Shown: one piece after another, positions 11,501-19,049 of the stretch
How positions within the stretch are numbered: position 1 is the stretch's first letter
Layout: every line of letters starts with the position of its first letter
Source: an uncultured bacterium
Lineage (GTDB): Bacteria; Armatimonadota; UBA5829; DTLH01
Direction of reading: 5' to 3'
Length of the DNA stretch: 64,000 nucleotides
Assembly: GCA_964497515.1 (NCBI GenBank)
Contig: CAZCCV010000007.1
Location: 8,788 to 72,787, forward strand
Translations under genes and position numbers: made by a program
The notes under the pieces: generated by a model
What the model was told of the DNA's origin: nothing
The model's input: only the letters and a program-made list of their open reading frames with translations
The model's database searches: none

Positions 11501-11657
11501 CAGAGTCACTCGTTCAGGAATCAACAACTTCACCTGGGATAAACGCGATGACAGGGGTGAGGTAGTTCCCGCCGGCGTCTATACGGTTCAAATAGCAGCC
11601 GTCACTGAAAGCGGTGAGATGGTGAAAACCGTTCGATCGCTAATGCTTGCCAGATAA
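8517..11657 (+). CDS. Large secreted protein (1046 aa) with C-terminal FlgD-Ig-like domain
   Basis: The ORF opens at GTG 8511; GGAG lies 6 nt upstream of ATG 8517. The signal peptide is MNLARFVVLVCLLTLILSSQYASG. The C-terminus (FTWDKRDDRGEVVPAGVYTVQIAA) fits the FlgD Ig-like pattern. The rest is unassigned. Confidence 0.55.
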   Translation: MNLARFVVLVCLLTLILSSQYASGTDYINVSNAPFATVSNGPQNAIVVDVADPLDKTQIQTALRNVLPKATRASGGHLSRQIAALRKAGLIRPDVDAAVYPTILIRSGGSFEPLKGRAGTTYGGGTITFTYTGWSDADKTLLQTFAQTAYPIIEQIYGSPAKTLTVEVVNDVAQSVTDSLLGGVYITGAIGQPQIRLYRYRSNISLERSFLHTMIRAFHDTAMFDYDAWEEGFARAAAVAAGEKIDRVIVQNPALGLSQMDFTGKTGSGDAFYYVMSNYELMNQPPLSNNTFYTSMMDMLETEGMFGGMIIPRLGMSSTAWMKVYIERLLTDGQSFFKLFNETYYQQLSSNSGLAGNVPALKSIAASITPTVEGVYFDNWFGRQFIFDTSVSIGRKLYCYTFPPTLPSDGDDDYSMPVFVIYYSTDNTGGIERPLSGMVYPVYWNYKYTNDLFTSSQYEQVPIQNGEGYVMPTFYAGNIGGAQRVAMEFTIGTESRRVYFPVGVAGTETAPNNLVGVVVGTNSGSITARMDNEATGSTVSLTNGAFGAPMVSLLDFHRLTLTYTPVSGAPSTRTANVGPGLYTAVMNASTTSIAKQLVHTFTPGTQMISFPMTTFAQDQSDAIMDGSGNPAILPDRLLLARWEPSLADSYKYEMYPKTPPFAPGRGYWIKLPSTIVATVTGEVPDPSGSYRIGLVQGWNQIGCPYESPVAVSSIMVEKENFEPVKFAEAWSTGIVGKTVWKYDSTAGYTEATTIDPWEGYWIKCNSPNGAVLIVPGPESTPRSRVVKTEEAADTALRTSNAEANTWSIEMQAVAPNGNSNSITLGVAPGASDGFDPAYDSELPPAFGSGTTIATRANLSACDPLGVDTRAAGSPKITWDMVVTPAEANQDIVIRWRNLANVPKGYRLTLVDKATGDTRFMRTTTNYRFNTGDGSSRLFTVVADSSPTIPLMITNVTVAPSRGSSASITYNLTCDAQVSTDIVGANGRLIRKLTAGRVTRSGINNFTWDKRDDRGEVVPAGVYTVQIAAVTESGEMVKTVRSLMLAR

Positions 11658-11675
11658 ATGCAGGGGATTGCTCTG

Positions 11676-12281
11676 ATGAAGTATATTGTTACAATAGCTC
11701 TGATAGCTTCGGCTATTGCTATGGTCCTGACGGGATGTGGCGGTGGTGGTGGATCATCATCGAAAGCAAGCTTGAGCGGGACAATAATAGATGGAGCTTC
11801 GTTGCTCCCACTCTCAGGAGTCCGAGTGGCACTTGGCTCAGCCAGCACATTGACTGGTGCTGATGGCAGATTCAACCTGACAGGCCTTATGGTCGGCTCA
11901 GGCGTTCTGACGGCACAGCGTGCGGACTATGAGATTGCTTCAGTAACGGTGACATTAGTGTCCGGAGCCAATCAGCTTTCGTCGGCTGTACAAATGGTTC
12001 AATCATCAGGGCAACCACCGGATGAGACTCCACGGACAGTGCAGGGCACTATTACCTTAAGCAGCGGTGCGACTCCTGCAGGGGTCACAGTTGGACTGTA
12101 TCAGGGCACTACAAAGTACGACGAGATGACTACAAGCGCTGATGGCAAATTCCAATTCTGGGCACCGATCGGAACATATAGTGTGCGCGCGTGGAAATCA
12201 GGGTTCAGCCCACAGGAACAGTCCGTGACCGTAAGTGATTTAACGCAGGTTATAGCCGTTGATCTGCTACTTAGTCCTTAG
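11676..12281 (+). CDS. Lipoprotein with carboxypeptidase-regulatory-like repeats
   Basis: The ORF opens at 11658; ATG 11676 is preceded by AGGGGA. The lipobox VLTGC is followed by GGGGGSSS. It is a paralog of the next gene (GTITLSSGATPAGVTVGLYQG... versus GTISLGGATPSGVTVDLYSG...). Confidence 0.6.
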   Translation: MKYIVTIALIASAIAMVLTGCGGGGGSSSKASLSGTIIDGASLLPLSGVRVALGSASTLTGADGRFNLTGLMVGSGVLTAQRADYEIASVTVTLVSGANQLSSAVQMVQSSGQPPDETPRTVQGTITLSSGATPAGVTVGLYQGTTKYDEMTTSADGKFQFWAPIGTYSVRAWKSGFSPQEQSVTVSDLTQVIAVDLLLSP

Positions 12282-12285
12282 TAGC

Positions 12286-12314
12286 TTGTCGTCAGTGGGA
12301 AGCTTTCGTATAAT
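12286..12314 (+). promoter_or_regulatory. Sigma-70-like promoter TTGTCG-17-TATAAT
   Basis: TTGTCG at 12286-12291, an exact 17-nt spacer, and TATAAT at 12309-12314, sited 79 nt upstream of ATG 12393. Confidence 0.4.
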
Positions 12315-12392
12315 TGATTTAGCAGTAAATAATCGTGGGATGTTAGACGGGGAGTAGCTCTCACATCTCATCCTGTGAAGGAGATAGAGCAA

Positions 12393-13091
12393 ATGATGCA
12401 ACGTTTGATTCTAATAGCAATCCTTGTGGCCGCTATCGCTACTTTAACGGGTTGCGGTGGTGGCGGTGGCGGCGGCGGTGGTGGCAACAACACAACCACA
12501 TACAGCATACAAGGCACTATATCGTTAGGTGGAGCAACCCCATCTGGTGTGACTGTCGATCTGTACTCGGGCGGAGTCAGGATTGCACAAATGACAACGC
12601 TTGCTGACGGAAAGTATCGTTTTGAGGCGCCGATAGGTACATACGAAGTGCGTGCTGCAAAGACCGGCTACAGTTCGGAAGAACGGACGGTAACAGTTAA
12701 CAACCCATCGATCACAACGATAGTCAACATCACACTCTCTGCGGTTACTCCCGATCTATTTAGTGTAACCGGCACTGTAATGGTAGAAGGCACCAGCACG
12801 CCGATTGTAGGAGCGATAGTCGAAATCGGTTCGTATCAGACGGCGACACAGAGCAACGGCACCTTCAGAATCGATATGACCAGCACACCTATAATGAGGA
12901 CTTTTTCTGTTAATGGTCGTAATGCTACGCCTGCACCGGGATATTTTGATTTCTGGTGTAGAGCTGATGGGAAAATACAGAATGCAAAGTGCATAGAACT
13001 GCCGATAATCCCTAAGGGGACAACATCTGTAGGAACCATCTACTTGATGAGTGAGGACTATCCGCCTCCATTCCCACCGTCTTGCCCATAG
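12393..13091 (+). CDS. Lipoprotein with carboxypeptidase-regulatory-like repeats and a Gly10 linker
   Basis: The ORF opens at GTG 12375; GAAGGAGA lies 8 nt upstream of ATG 12393. The lipobox TLTGC is followed by ten Gly codons (12456-12485). Confidence 0.6.
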   Translation: MMQRLILIAILVAAIATLTGCGGGGGGGGGGNNTTTYSIQGTISLGGATPSGVTVDLYSGGVRIAQMTTLADGKYRFEAPIGTYEVRAAKTGYSSEERTVTVNNPSITTIVNITLSAVTPDLFSVTGTVMVEGTSTPIVGAIVEIGSYQTATQSNGTFRIDMTSTPIMRTFSVNGRNATPAPGYFDFWCRADGKIQNAKCIELPIIPKGTTSVGTIYLMSEDYPPPFPPSCP

Positions 13092-13112
13092 TAGGCAACG
13101 GTAAACAAGTGT

Positions 13113-13152
13113 CTCCCCCTGATAGCATTGCTTCAGGGGGAGTGTCGTTTTC
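13113..13152 (+). terminator. Rho-independent terminator
   Basis: Perfect 10-bp stem CTCCCCCTGA/TCAGGGGGAG (13113-13122 and 13133-13142) followed by TGTCGTTTTC, 22 nt after the stop at 13091. Confidence 0.6.
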
Positions 13153-13156
13153 AAGG

Positions 13157-13780
13157 ATGCGTAAACCGACTGTAAAACCGAGACAAGTAGGGCCAATAAT
13201 AGCGTTAGCAGTCATTGTGTTGCTGGTGCTCACACTCGTTCGTTTCCGACATTATTCGCCGTATCACGTTCCAGGAGTGACTGAGACAATGCCCCAAGTG
13301 GTATTGAGCCTAAACGGTGTAGAGGCTGTTGGGCGATCTGAAGGACGAAAGGTGTGGAGCTTTGAAGCGAAGAGAGCTGATGTCTCTTGGGGAAACACCC
13401 GCACCGAACTCGAGCAAATCTATAACGGCGTGATATTTGACGACGGCACTCCAGCAGCGGACTTGGAGGCTGGCAAAGCGATTTTTGATTCGACTACCAA
13501 CGATCTGATCATAGTGAACGGCGTCAAGATCACATCGCGTGAAGGCTACGTAGCCGAGACAGATCAGGCTCTTTGGTCGGGCACAAGCAAAATGCTGCGA
13601 TGCCCGGGTGAAGTGAAGATTACTACTGACGAAAGTGAGCTGGTTGGCAGTTCGCTTGTTGCTGATATGCGCAATAGAGAAATCACTATCGAAAACGCTT
13701 CTATGACTGTAGACATAGGCGAACCAAACGATCTTCTAGATCACCCCACAGGGTCCAAAGAAAAGGAACAACCGCAATGA
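13157..13780 (+). CDS. LptC-like periplasmic protein with N-terminal membrane anchor
   Basis: The ORF opens at 13082, but that start would place the terminator hairpin inside the CDS. ATG 13157 gives MRKPTVKPRQVGPIIALAVIVLLVLTLV (a single TM helix) followed by about 180 aa of beta-rich sequence. Its size and layout resemble LptC. Confidence 0.5.
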   Translation: MRKPTVKPRQVGPIIALAVIVLLVLTLVRFRHYSPYHVPGVTETMPQVVLSLNGVEAVGRSEGRKVWSFEAKRADVSWGNTRTELEQIYNGVIFDDGTPAADLEAGKAIFDSTTNDLIIVNGVKITSREGYVAETDQALWSGTSKMLRCPGEVKITTDESELVGSSLVADMRNREITIENASMTVDIGEPNDLLDHPTGSKEKEQPQ

Positions 13781-14577
13781 ACGCTACTAAGACAATCGGA
13801 ACACTTATGGCGATGATGCTGCTTGTCGCACTTGTCTTGATTACTGATGTTGTTCCAGCCCAAAACGTGACTAAAAACACTGATGCAGAGTCATCGAAGA
13901 GTGAGAAGGTTACCATTGATGGCGATCACTGGAAGGTTACCGGTGATGAAAAGGCTCGAGTTTATACAATCACTGGAAATGTGATAGTGAAGTATCAAGA
14001 CACTACCATCACTGCCGACAAGGGTGTCTATTCCAAAGTAACAGAGACGGTAGTCGCAGAGGGCAATTTGAAAATAGTTGACACTGATAACGAGATTACT
14101 GGTCCTTCAGGTACAGCCTTGCTGAACGAGCGACGAGTTGTAATCGATGGCCCAGTTAAGATGGTCGCCCGACCGAGGCCAAAAGAGAGTGTCAGCCCCG
14201 ACTCATTTGAAGCAAAACTGCGTGAGCCGGCGACTATCACTTGCGACAAACTGGAGTATCAGTATCGCAAAAAGGTTGCCATTGCCGAGGGCAATCTGAA
14301 GGTTGTACAGAAAGGGCAAACCCTCGTCGGCAAAAAGGCAGTATATGAGGTGAGCGAAAAGCTCCTCACACTGTCGGGTGGATTCACTGCTACTGACGAA
14401 AAAGGGCAAGTGTTTTCCACGACAGGCACTGGCAAAGCATCTCTCAAAGAGGGCTCCGAGTGGATTGAAGCTGAAAGCGGCAGTGCAACGATTGAAGTGG
14501 ACTTAGAAGAGTTCACAGAAGATTCCACTAACTCATCTAACACTAAGCCAACGCAGCCGACTGACAACAAAGAGTAG
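13777..14577 (+). CDS. LptA/OstA-N-like periplasmic protein
   Basis: ATGA overlap with the upstream gene. It has a signal peptide and repeated OstA-like strands (TGNVIVKYQDTTITADKGVY..., AEGNLKVVQKGQTLVGKKAVY...). Confidence 0.6.
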   Translation: MNATKTIGTLMAMMLLVALVLITDVVPAQNVTKNTDAESSKSEKVTIDGDHWKVTGDEKARVYTITGNVIVKYQDTTITADKGVYSKVTETVVAEGNLKIVDTDNEITGPSGTALLNERRVVIDGPVKMVARPRPKESVSPDSFEAKLREPATITCDKLEYQYRKKVAIAEGNLKVVQKGQTLVGKKAVYEVSEKLLTLSGGFTATDEKGQVFSTTGTGKASLKEGSEWIEAESGSATIEVDLEEFTEDSTNSSNTKPTQPTDNKE

Positions 14578-14582
14578 TTGCC

Positions 14583-15464
14583 ATGCAAGAACTGACAGGA
14601 ACTCCCCGCAACCCCGGCATTGCTATGGCGGTAGCGATAGTCATCGATGCCAATGGATTTCCTAACATCCCCGATGATATGCTCACACTTGGGATGAAAG
14701 CTGTGAAGGCGGGACGATTGGAATCCGACTTTGCAGAGGTTGTAGTCGCATGCAACTCGCTTGGTATAGGTTCTGCTATGCGGTTTCCGGGCATCAAAAT
14801 AATCGGTATTGTCTCTGAGAAGAATGATCAACCAGGTTTGCCGATAACAGTTCCGTGTGTGAGCGAAGTGGAAAATGCTGCAAAGACTATTGGCGCGGGC
14901 AGTATAGTGATAGTAGACGGAAACGAAGGCGTTGTCATAGCGAACCCAGATGCAGCCACTGTAGCTCGTTATCAGAAAGTGTGCAATCCTTATCGAAATG
15001 ATCGCGTATTCATCGAGTGGCCTCACGCATCGGCGCGCACGCAGGATGGCAGGCTGGTTACTGTCTCTGCACTAGTATCCTCGGTAGAAGATGCTGAACA
15101 AGCTTTGTCGTTAGGTGCCGATAGAATCGCGCTCCACCTTACATCAACTGCTGAGCCTGTTGCCGGCCTCCGACAGCTTTCGCACACAGAGTGTTTTCAA
15201 ACGGTTCTAGCCCTCGCTGGAGGCAAACCTATCACATTGTATCTCGACTCCTCGGAATCCGAAATCTTGGATCTGGCAGCCAAGTATGGAGCGCCAGGAC
15301 AGGTGACCATAGTCGAAGGAGCGACAGCCATTGAGGTGTTGAATCTCGAACAAGTGACTCAGTTCGTCGCAGCCGGAGCAGAGAGTGTAATGGTTCAGTC
15401 GGCGGACATTCCACAGGCCAAGGATATTATCCGATCAGATCCGGGAGAACATGGGGTAGGGTAG
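14583..15464 (+). CDS. Truncated PTS Enzyme-I-like / PEP-utilising-enzyme-like protein lacking the phospho-His
   Basis: By eye it aligns to EI landmarks: the N-terminal NPGIAMAVAIVI; IVIVDGNEGVVIANPD, which ends the mobile domain; and ARTQDGRLVTVSALVSSVEDAEQALSLGADRIALHLTS, which starts the PEP-binding barrel. The GGxTSH segment is replaced by SEKNDQPG, and the protein is only 293 aa. Confidence 0.4.
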   Translation: MQELTGTPRNPGIAMAVAIVIDANGFPNIPDDMLTLGMKAVKAGRLESDFAEVVVACNSLGIGSAMRFPGIKIIGIVSEKNDQPGLPITVPCVSEVENAAKTIGAGSIVIVDGNEGVVIANPDAATVARYQKVCNPYRNDRVFIEWPHASARTQDGRLVTVSALVSSVEDAEQALSLGADRIALHLTSTAEPVAGLRQLSHTECFQTVLALAGGKPITLYLDSSESEILDLAAKYGAPGQVTIVEGATAIEVLNLEQVTQFVAAGAESVMVQSADIPQAKDIIRSDPGEHGVG

Positions 15465-15612
15465 GGTTTTCAGAAAACCGCGGAAAACACACACGAACAG
15501 CGCCGATCCCAAGATACTATGCAGTCTGCAACTGCGACATTCTGAGGATGGCGTTCATCGAAAGAGGGTGTGGAGCGATCCCTCCTAGAACCGCCCCACA
15601 AATGCTTCAGTA

Positions 15613-15900
15613 TTAACCTATAATGCCAAGCTGCAGCGCTCGTTTGAACGCCTGCGATCGATTAGAGACTCCCAGTTTCACATAGGCACGAGCAAGGTGA
15701 AAGTCCACTGTTCGCTTGCTAACACAGAGTAATCCCGCAACTTCATTTGAGCACTTACCATCGAAAATGAGTCGCAGTATCTCCCGTTCCCTTTCTGTCA
15801 AGCGTAACAGGACGTCCTGGTCGGTCTCCCTGGACGAGATTTGCTCAACAGCAGTCACCATCTCTTCCCACAACCTCTCTCCTTTAGTGATCTGGATCAC
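15613..15900 (-). CDS. LuxR/GerE-type HTH protein (95 aa)
   Basis: [45 protein letters not shown] is a LuxR C-terminal HTH. Its GTG start overlaps the sigma-factor stop (GTGA). Confidence 0.75.
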   Translation of the reverse strand: MIQITKGERLWEEMVTAVEQISSRETDQDVLLRLTEREREILRLIFDGKCSNEVAGLLCVSKRTVDFHLARAYVKLGVSNRSQAFKRALQLGIIG

Positions 15901-16793
15901 GTAACGAAGTACGTATCCAGGCGGTGCCTAGTCGCAGCTATTCGCAGCTTTTTCAAGGCTCTTGCCTCCAGCTGTCTCACTCTCTCCCTTGTAATATGAA
16001 GCTGCTGACCAATCTCTTGAAGAGTCGAAGTCATACCATCTGCCAGCCCAAACCGCCTTTGAATGATAAGTCTCTCCTGCGGTGTGAGCCCGGCAATCAG
16101 CATCTCGACTATCTCCAAATTCTCTCGATAGATTGTGCTTAACTCTGGATCCTCTGCAGTACAGTCGACGAGTCTCTCTAGCAAAGCCGTTGCACCTTGA
16201 TCTCTTGCACAATCATCCAGCGACACGAGTCCTTCAGACGCTTCCAGCAAGCGCACTACCTGATCTCGCTTTAGATCAGCACGCTGAGCCAGTTCGTCAA
16301 TGGTAGGCTCTCTACCAAACTCATTCATCATGTCGCATTCCAAGCGATGAAGTTTGCGGATCGACTGTATCACATAGCTGGGCACTCGAATAGTGCGACC
16401 TTGTCTTTCAATCGCTCTTGTGATCGACTGTCTAATCCAGGATACGGCATAGGTGCTAAAGCGGAAGCCTCGTTTGTAGTCAAATGCTTCCACGGCTTTC
16501 ATCAAACCGATATTGCCCTCCTGAATCAGATCGGGCAGCGGAAGTCCATACCTAGAATAGATCTTCGCGATGCTGACAACAAGCTTAAGGTTGCACTCTA
16601 TCAGTCTTTGTTTAGCTTCTCCATCACCCAGCCCGGATCTCCTGGCAAGCTCCAGTTCATCTACGTGCGACAGCAATGGCCATCTACCGATTCCATTCAA
16701 ATAGATGTCCATAGAATCGGCGACCGCAGACCTCTCCTCAGCTTTTTCCCGATCAGTATTGAGATCTGTTACTTCCAGGGTTTCGCTGTCCAT
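15897..16793 (-). CDS. RNA polymerase sigma factor, sigma-70 family (no region 1.1)
   Basis: Region 2 ([55 protein letters not shown]) and region 4.2 ([27 protein letters not shown]) are present. AAGGAGG lies upstream of the ATG. Confidence 0.88.
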   Translation of the reverse strand: MDSETLEVTDLNTDREKAEERSAVADSMDIYLNGIGRWPLLSHVDELELARRSGLGDGEAKQRLIECNLKLVVSIAKIYSRYGLPLPDLIQEGNIGLMKAVEAFDYKRGFRFSTYAVSWIRQSITRAIERQGRTIRVPSYVIQSIRKLHRLECDMMNEFGREPTIDELAQRADLKRDQVVRLLEASEGLVSLDDCARDQGATALLERLVDCTAEDPELSTIYRENLEIVEMLIAGLTPQERLIIQRRFGLADGMTSTLQEIGQQLHITRERVRQLEARALKKLRIAATRHRLDTYFVT

Positions 16794-16857
16794 TAATTCC
16801 AGCCTCCTTTCCGCCGGATGGCACAGCCTTTTCTACCCCGCGTGTGCTTCTCTTTTG

Positions 16858-16950
16858 GGAATTGGTAAGCCGACATCTAGGTCGGTCCTCCAATTCCACT
16901 ACCTGTATTGGAGTGGAAGGGATCAAATGCTCGGTGCGGTTGCCTTCCAC
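16858..16950 (-). promoter_or_regulatory. Hairpin-dense 5' leader of the sigma-factor gene
   Basis: Nested stems GGAATTGG/CCAATTCC (16858-16865 and 16890-16897) enclose CCGAC/GTCGG. The adjacent stem GTGGAAGG/CCTTCCAC lies at 16913-16920 and 16943-16950. All sit in a 580-bp non-coding gap. Confidence 0.3.
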
Positions 16951-17373
16951 ACTCTCATTGCAGTCTTGAACCCAGAATATGCGAAAGCAGTCCTTGTATT
17001 AGCTCAGCGCGTCTCGCGCGCACTGTCGCTTCCGTGCGGTGTGCCACCTATATATGGCGGCGCGGGCACTTGCCTCGAGGTACTGAAATCCGTAGCAGAA
17101 GTCTCTGGCTACAGCACGCACCAGATAGTCGGCGCGTAGTTACCTACAAGAAAACAATAGCAAGATCGTGCAACGTTCATACTACATTGATGTAACAATA
17201 CAGTAACATTTACATCTCATGGCAGTTTGAGAGGCTCCTGGCTCTATCTTCCCACGCTATATGCCCGATAAAACTACCAGAGTAGTACGATTACAGAAGG
17301 TATGATTACACCGCATGTGTAACACATCTTTGTATCCGAAACCTGGACAGATTGAAAGGAGTTCCTGCCAGTC

Positions 17374-18954
17374 ATGCCTAGAGTGCTAGTAGCAGATAAG
17401 ATTTCTGCTGAAGGTATTGAAATACTGAGGAGAGTTGCAGACGTTGATGTGAAAGTCGATATGTCCGAGCAAGAGTTGCTGGATTGTGTCGCCGACTACG
17501 ACGGTATCATTGTTAGAAGCAGCACACAGGTGAACACAGCCGTGATTGCCGCTGCACCGAACCTGAAGATTGTTGGTAGAGCAGGGGTAGGGGTGGATAA
17601 CATTGATGTCCCTGCTGCCACAGAACGGGGGATAATTGTCGTCAACTCACCGCAGGGCAATACTCTAGCTGCTGCTGAGCTCACGATCGCTCATCTTCTG
17701 GCACTCTCGAGGCGCATCCCAGAAGCCGACGCGTCAGTGAAACGAGGGGAATGGGAGCGGAGTCGCTTTGTCGGTATTGAAGTTTACAACAAAACTTTAG
17801 GCATACTTGGACTAGGCAAGATCGGACGCGAGGTTGCGATCCGCGCAAAGTCTTTTGGAATGCGCATTATCGCACAGGATCCATTCCTTCCCGTTGATAC
17901 TGCTTCATCACTCGGCATCCGTATGGTAGAACTGGATGAACTGCTCAAAGAGAGCGACTACATAACACTCCATATTCCTCGTAACAAAGAGACGGTAGGG
18001 ATGATCGGTGCAGCAGAAATCGAGAAGATGAAGAAAGACGTGCGCGTAATCAATGTCGCACGCGGGGGCATTATTGACGAAGCAGCGCTCGCGGCTGCGC
18101 TGGAGTCGGGAAAGATCGCCGGAGCTGCAGTAGATGTGTACTCTAATGAGCCTTTCGCTAAAGATAACCCTCTGCGCACTGCACCGAACACTATTACGAC
18201 ACCTCATCTTGGCGCATCTACCGAAGAAGCGCAAAGCAAGGTGGCAGTGGATGTGGCTGAACAGATGGTAGACTATTTTAACGGGATTCCACCCAGGGCA
18301 GCAGTCAATATGCCAGCAGTCTCAGCAGAAGTTTTGTCTCGAATCGCGCCGTTTCTGACTCTCGCAGAGCACATCGGTTCTCTTGTAGCTCAAATCGCCG
18401 ACGGACGGATCGAGAAAATCACAGTCTCTGTATTTGGAGAAATAGCCTCCGAAGAAACCGGTCCTGTAACTCGAGCAGTACTTAGTGGGATGCTCTCGCA
18501 TATGCTGACGCACAGAGTGAACTTCGTAAATGCACTTGTCGTTGCAGAGTCCCGTGGAATCCGTGTAAGTGAGAGCAAAGGCACCGGTATGGCAGACTTC
18601 GCATCGCTTGTGGCCGTTGAAGCTGTGACAGACAAGGAAGTAAGGCGCGTAAGTGGCACTGTATTTGACAAGTTGGAACTGCGAATCATCGACATTGATG
18701 ATTTCAGGGTGGGGCTGAAGCCGGAAGGCACAATGCTTATAGCACCTCACATCGATAGACCCGGCAGGGTAGGTAAAGTTGGGACAATACTTGGGAACAA
18801 TGGGATCAACATTGGCGGTATGTATGTTGGGCGGGAAGATGCGGGAAGCCGGGCTGTGATGGCTCTGGTTGTAGATGAAAGCGTCCCCGCAGGAGTTATG
18901 CGAGAAATAGAGCAAGTGGAAGGACTGGAGAGCGTCCGACAGGTCATCTTCTGA
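17374..18954 (+). CDS. serA: D-3-phosphoglycerate dehydrogenase (long form with ACT domain)
   Basis: 526 aa. It has the NAD-binding GLGKIGREVA motif, 2-hydroxyacid dehydrogenase motifs (RGGIIDEAAL, TPHLGAST) and a C-terminal ACT-like region. Confidence 0.92.
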   Translation: MPRVLVADKISAEGIEILRRVADVDVKVDMSEQELLDCVADYDGIIVRSSTQVNTAVIAAAPNLKIVGRAGVGVDNIDVPAATERGIIVVNSPQGNTLAAAELTIAHLLALSRRIPEADASVKRGEWERSRFVGIEVYNKTLGILGLGKIGREVAIRAKSFGMRIIAQDPFLPVDTASSLGIRMVELDELLKESDYITLHIPRNKETVGMIGAAEIEKMKKDVRVINVARGGIIDEAALAAALESGKIAGAAVDVYSNEPFAKDNPLRTAPNTITTPHLGASTEEAQSKVAVDVAEQMVDYFNGIPPRAAVNMPAVSAEVLSRIAPFLTLAEHIGSLVAQIADGRIEKITVSVFGEIASEETGPVTRAVLSGMLSHMLTHRVNFVNALVVAESRGIRVSESKGTGMADFASLVAVEAVTDKEVRRVSGTVFDKLELRIIDIDDFRVGLKPEGTMLIAPHIDRPGRVGKVGTILGNNGINIGGMYVGREDAGSRAVMALVVDESVPAGVMREIEQVEGLESVRQVIF

Positions 18955-18999
18955 ATTAATCCACTTATCTGGCAGTAGTCGTCTGGCAACGTTATTCTA

Positions 19000-19030
19000 G
19001 GGCTCCACATGGTTTGCACCAGTGGAGCCC
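19000..19030 (+). terminator. Hairpin downstream of serA (no clear U-tract)
   Basis: 9-bp stem GGGCTCCAC/GTGGAGCCC, 46 nt after the serA stop. Confidence 0.35.
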
Positions 19031-19049
19031 TGCGTCCTAGGAGAGAAAT

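Noticed and set aside
12456-12485. GGT/GGC repeat tract as a possible CRISPR, minisatellite or mobile-element signature
   Set aside because: It is a simple in-frame poly-Gly coding tract inside a lipoprotein gene, with no spacer/repeat organisation. No CRISPR-like arrays occur anywhere in the window.
14259-15026. 255-aa minus-strand ORF spanning the LptA-like and EI-like genes
   Set aside because: It lies entirely antisense to two plus-strand genes with good coding signals. Its translation is Cys/Arg/Ser-rich and looks like a shadow ORF, and I see no RBS. The same reasoning applies to 8523-9038 (-), 26070-26786 (+), 29646-30542 (+), 31765-32757 (+), 42034-42633 (+) and the other long antisense ORFs in the track.
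16705-17195. 144-aa and 95-aa plus-strand ORFs in the sigma-factor/serA intergenic region
   Set aside because: They overlap each other and the sigma-gene start. They have no RBS and show Ser/Arg/Cys-rich, non-protein-like composition. The region is better explained as a structured leader plus promoters.
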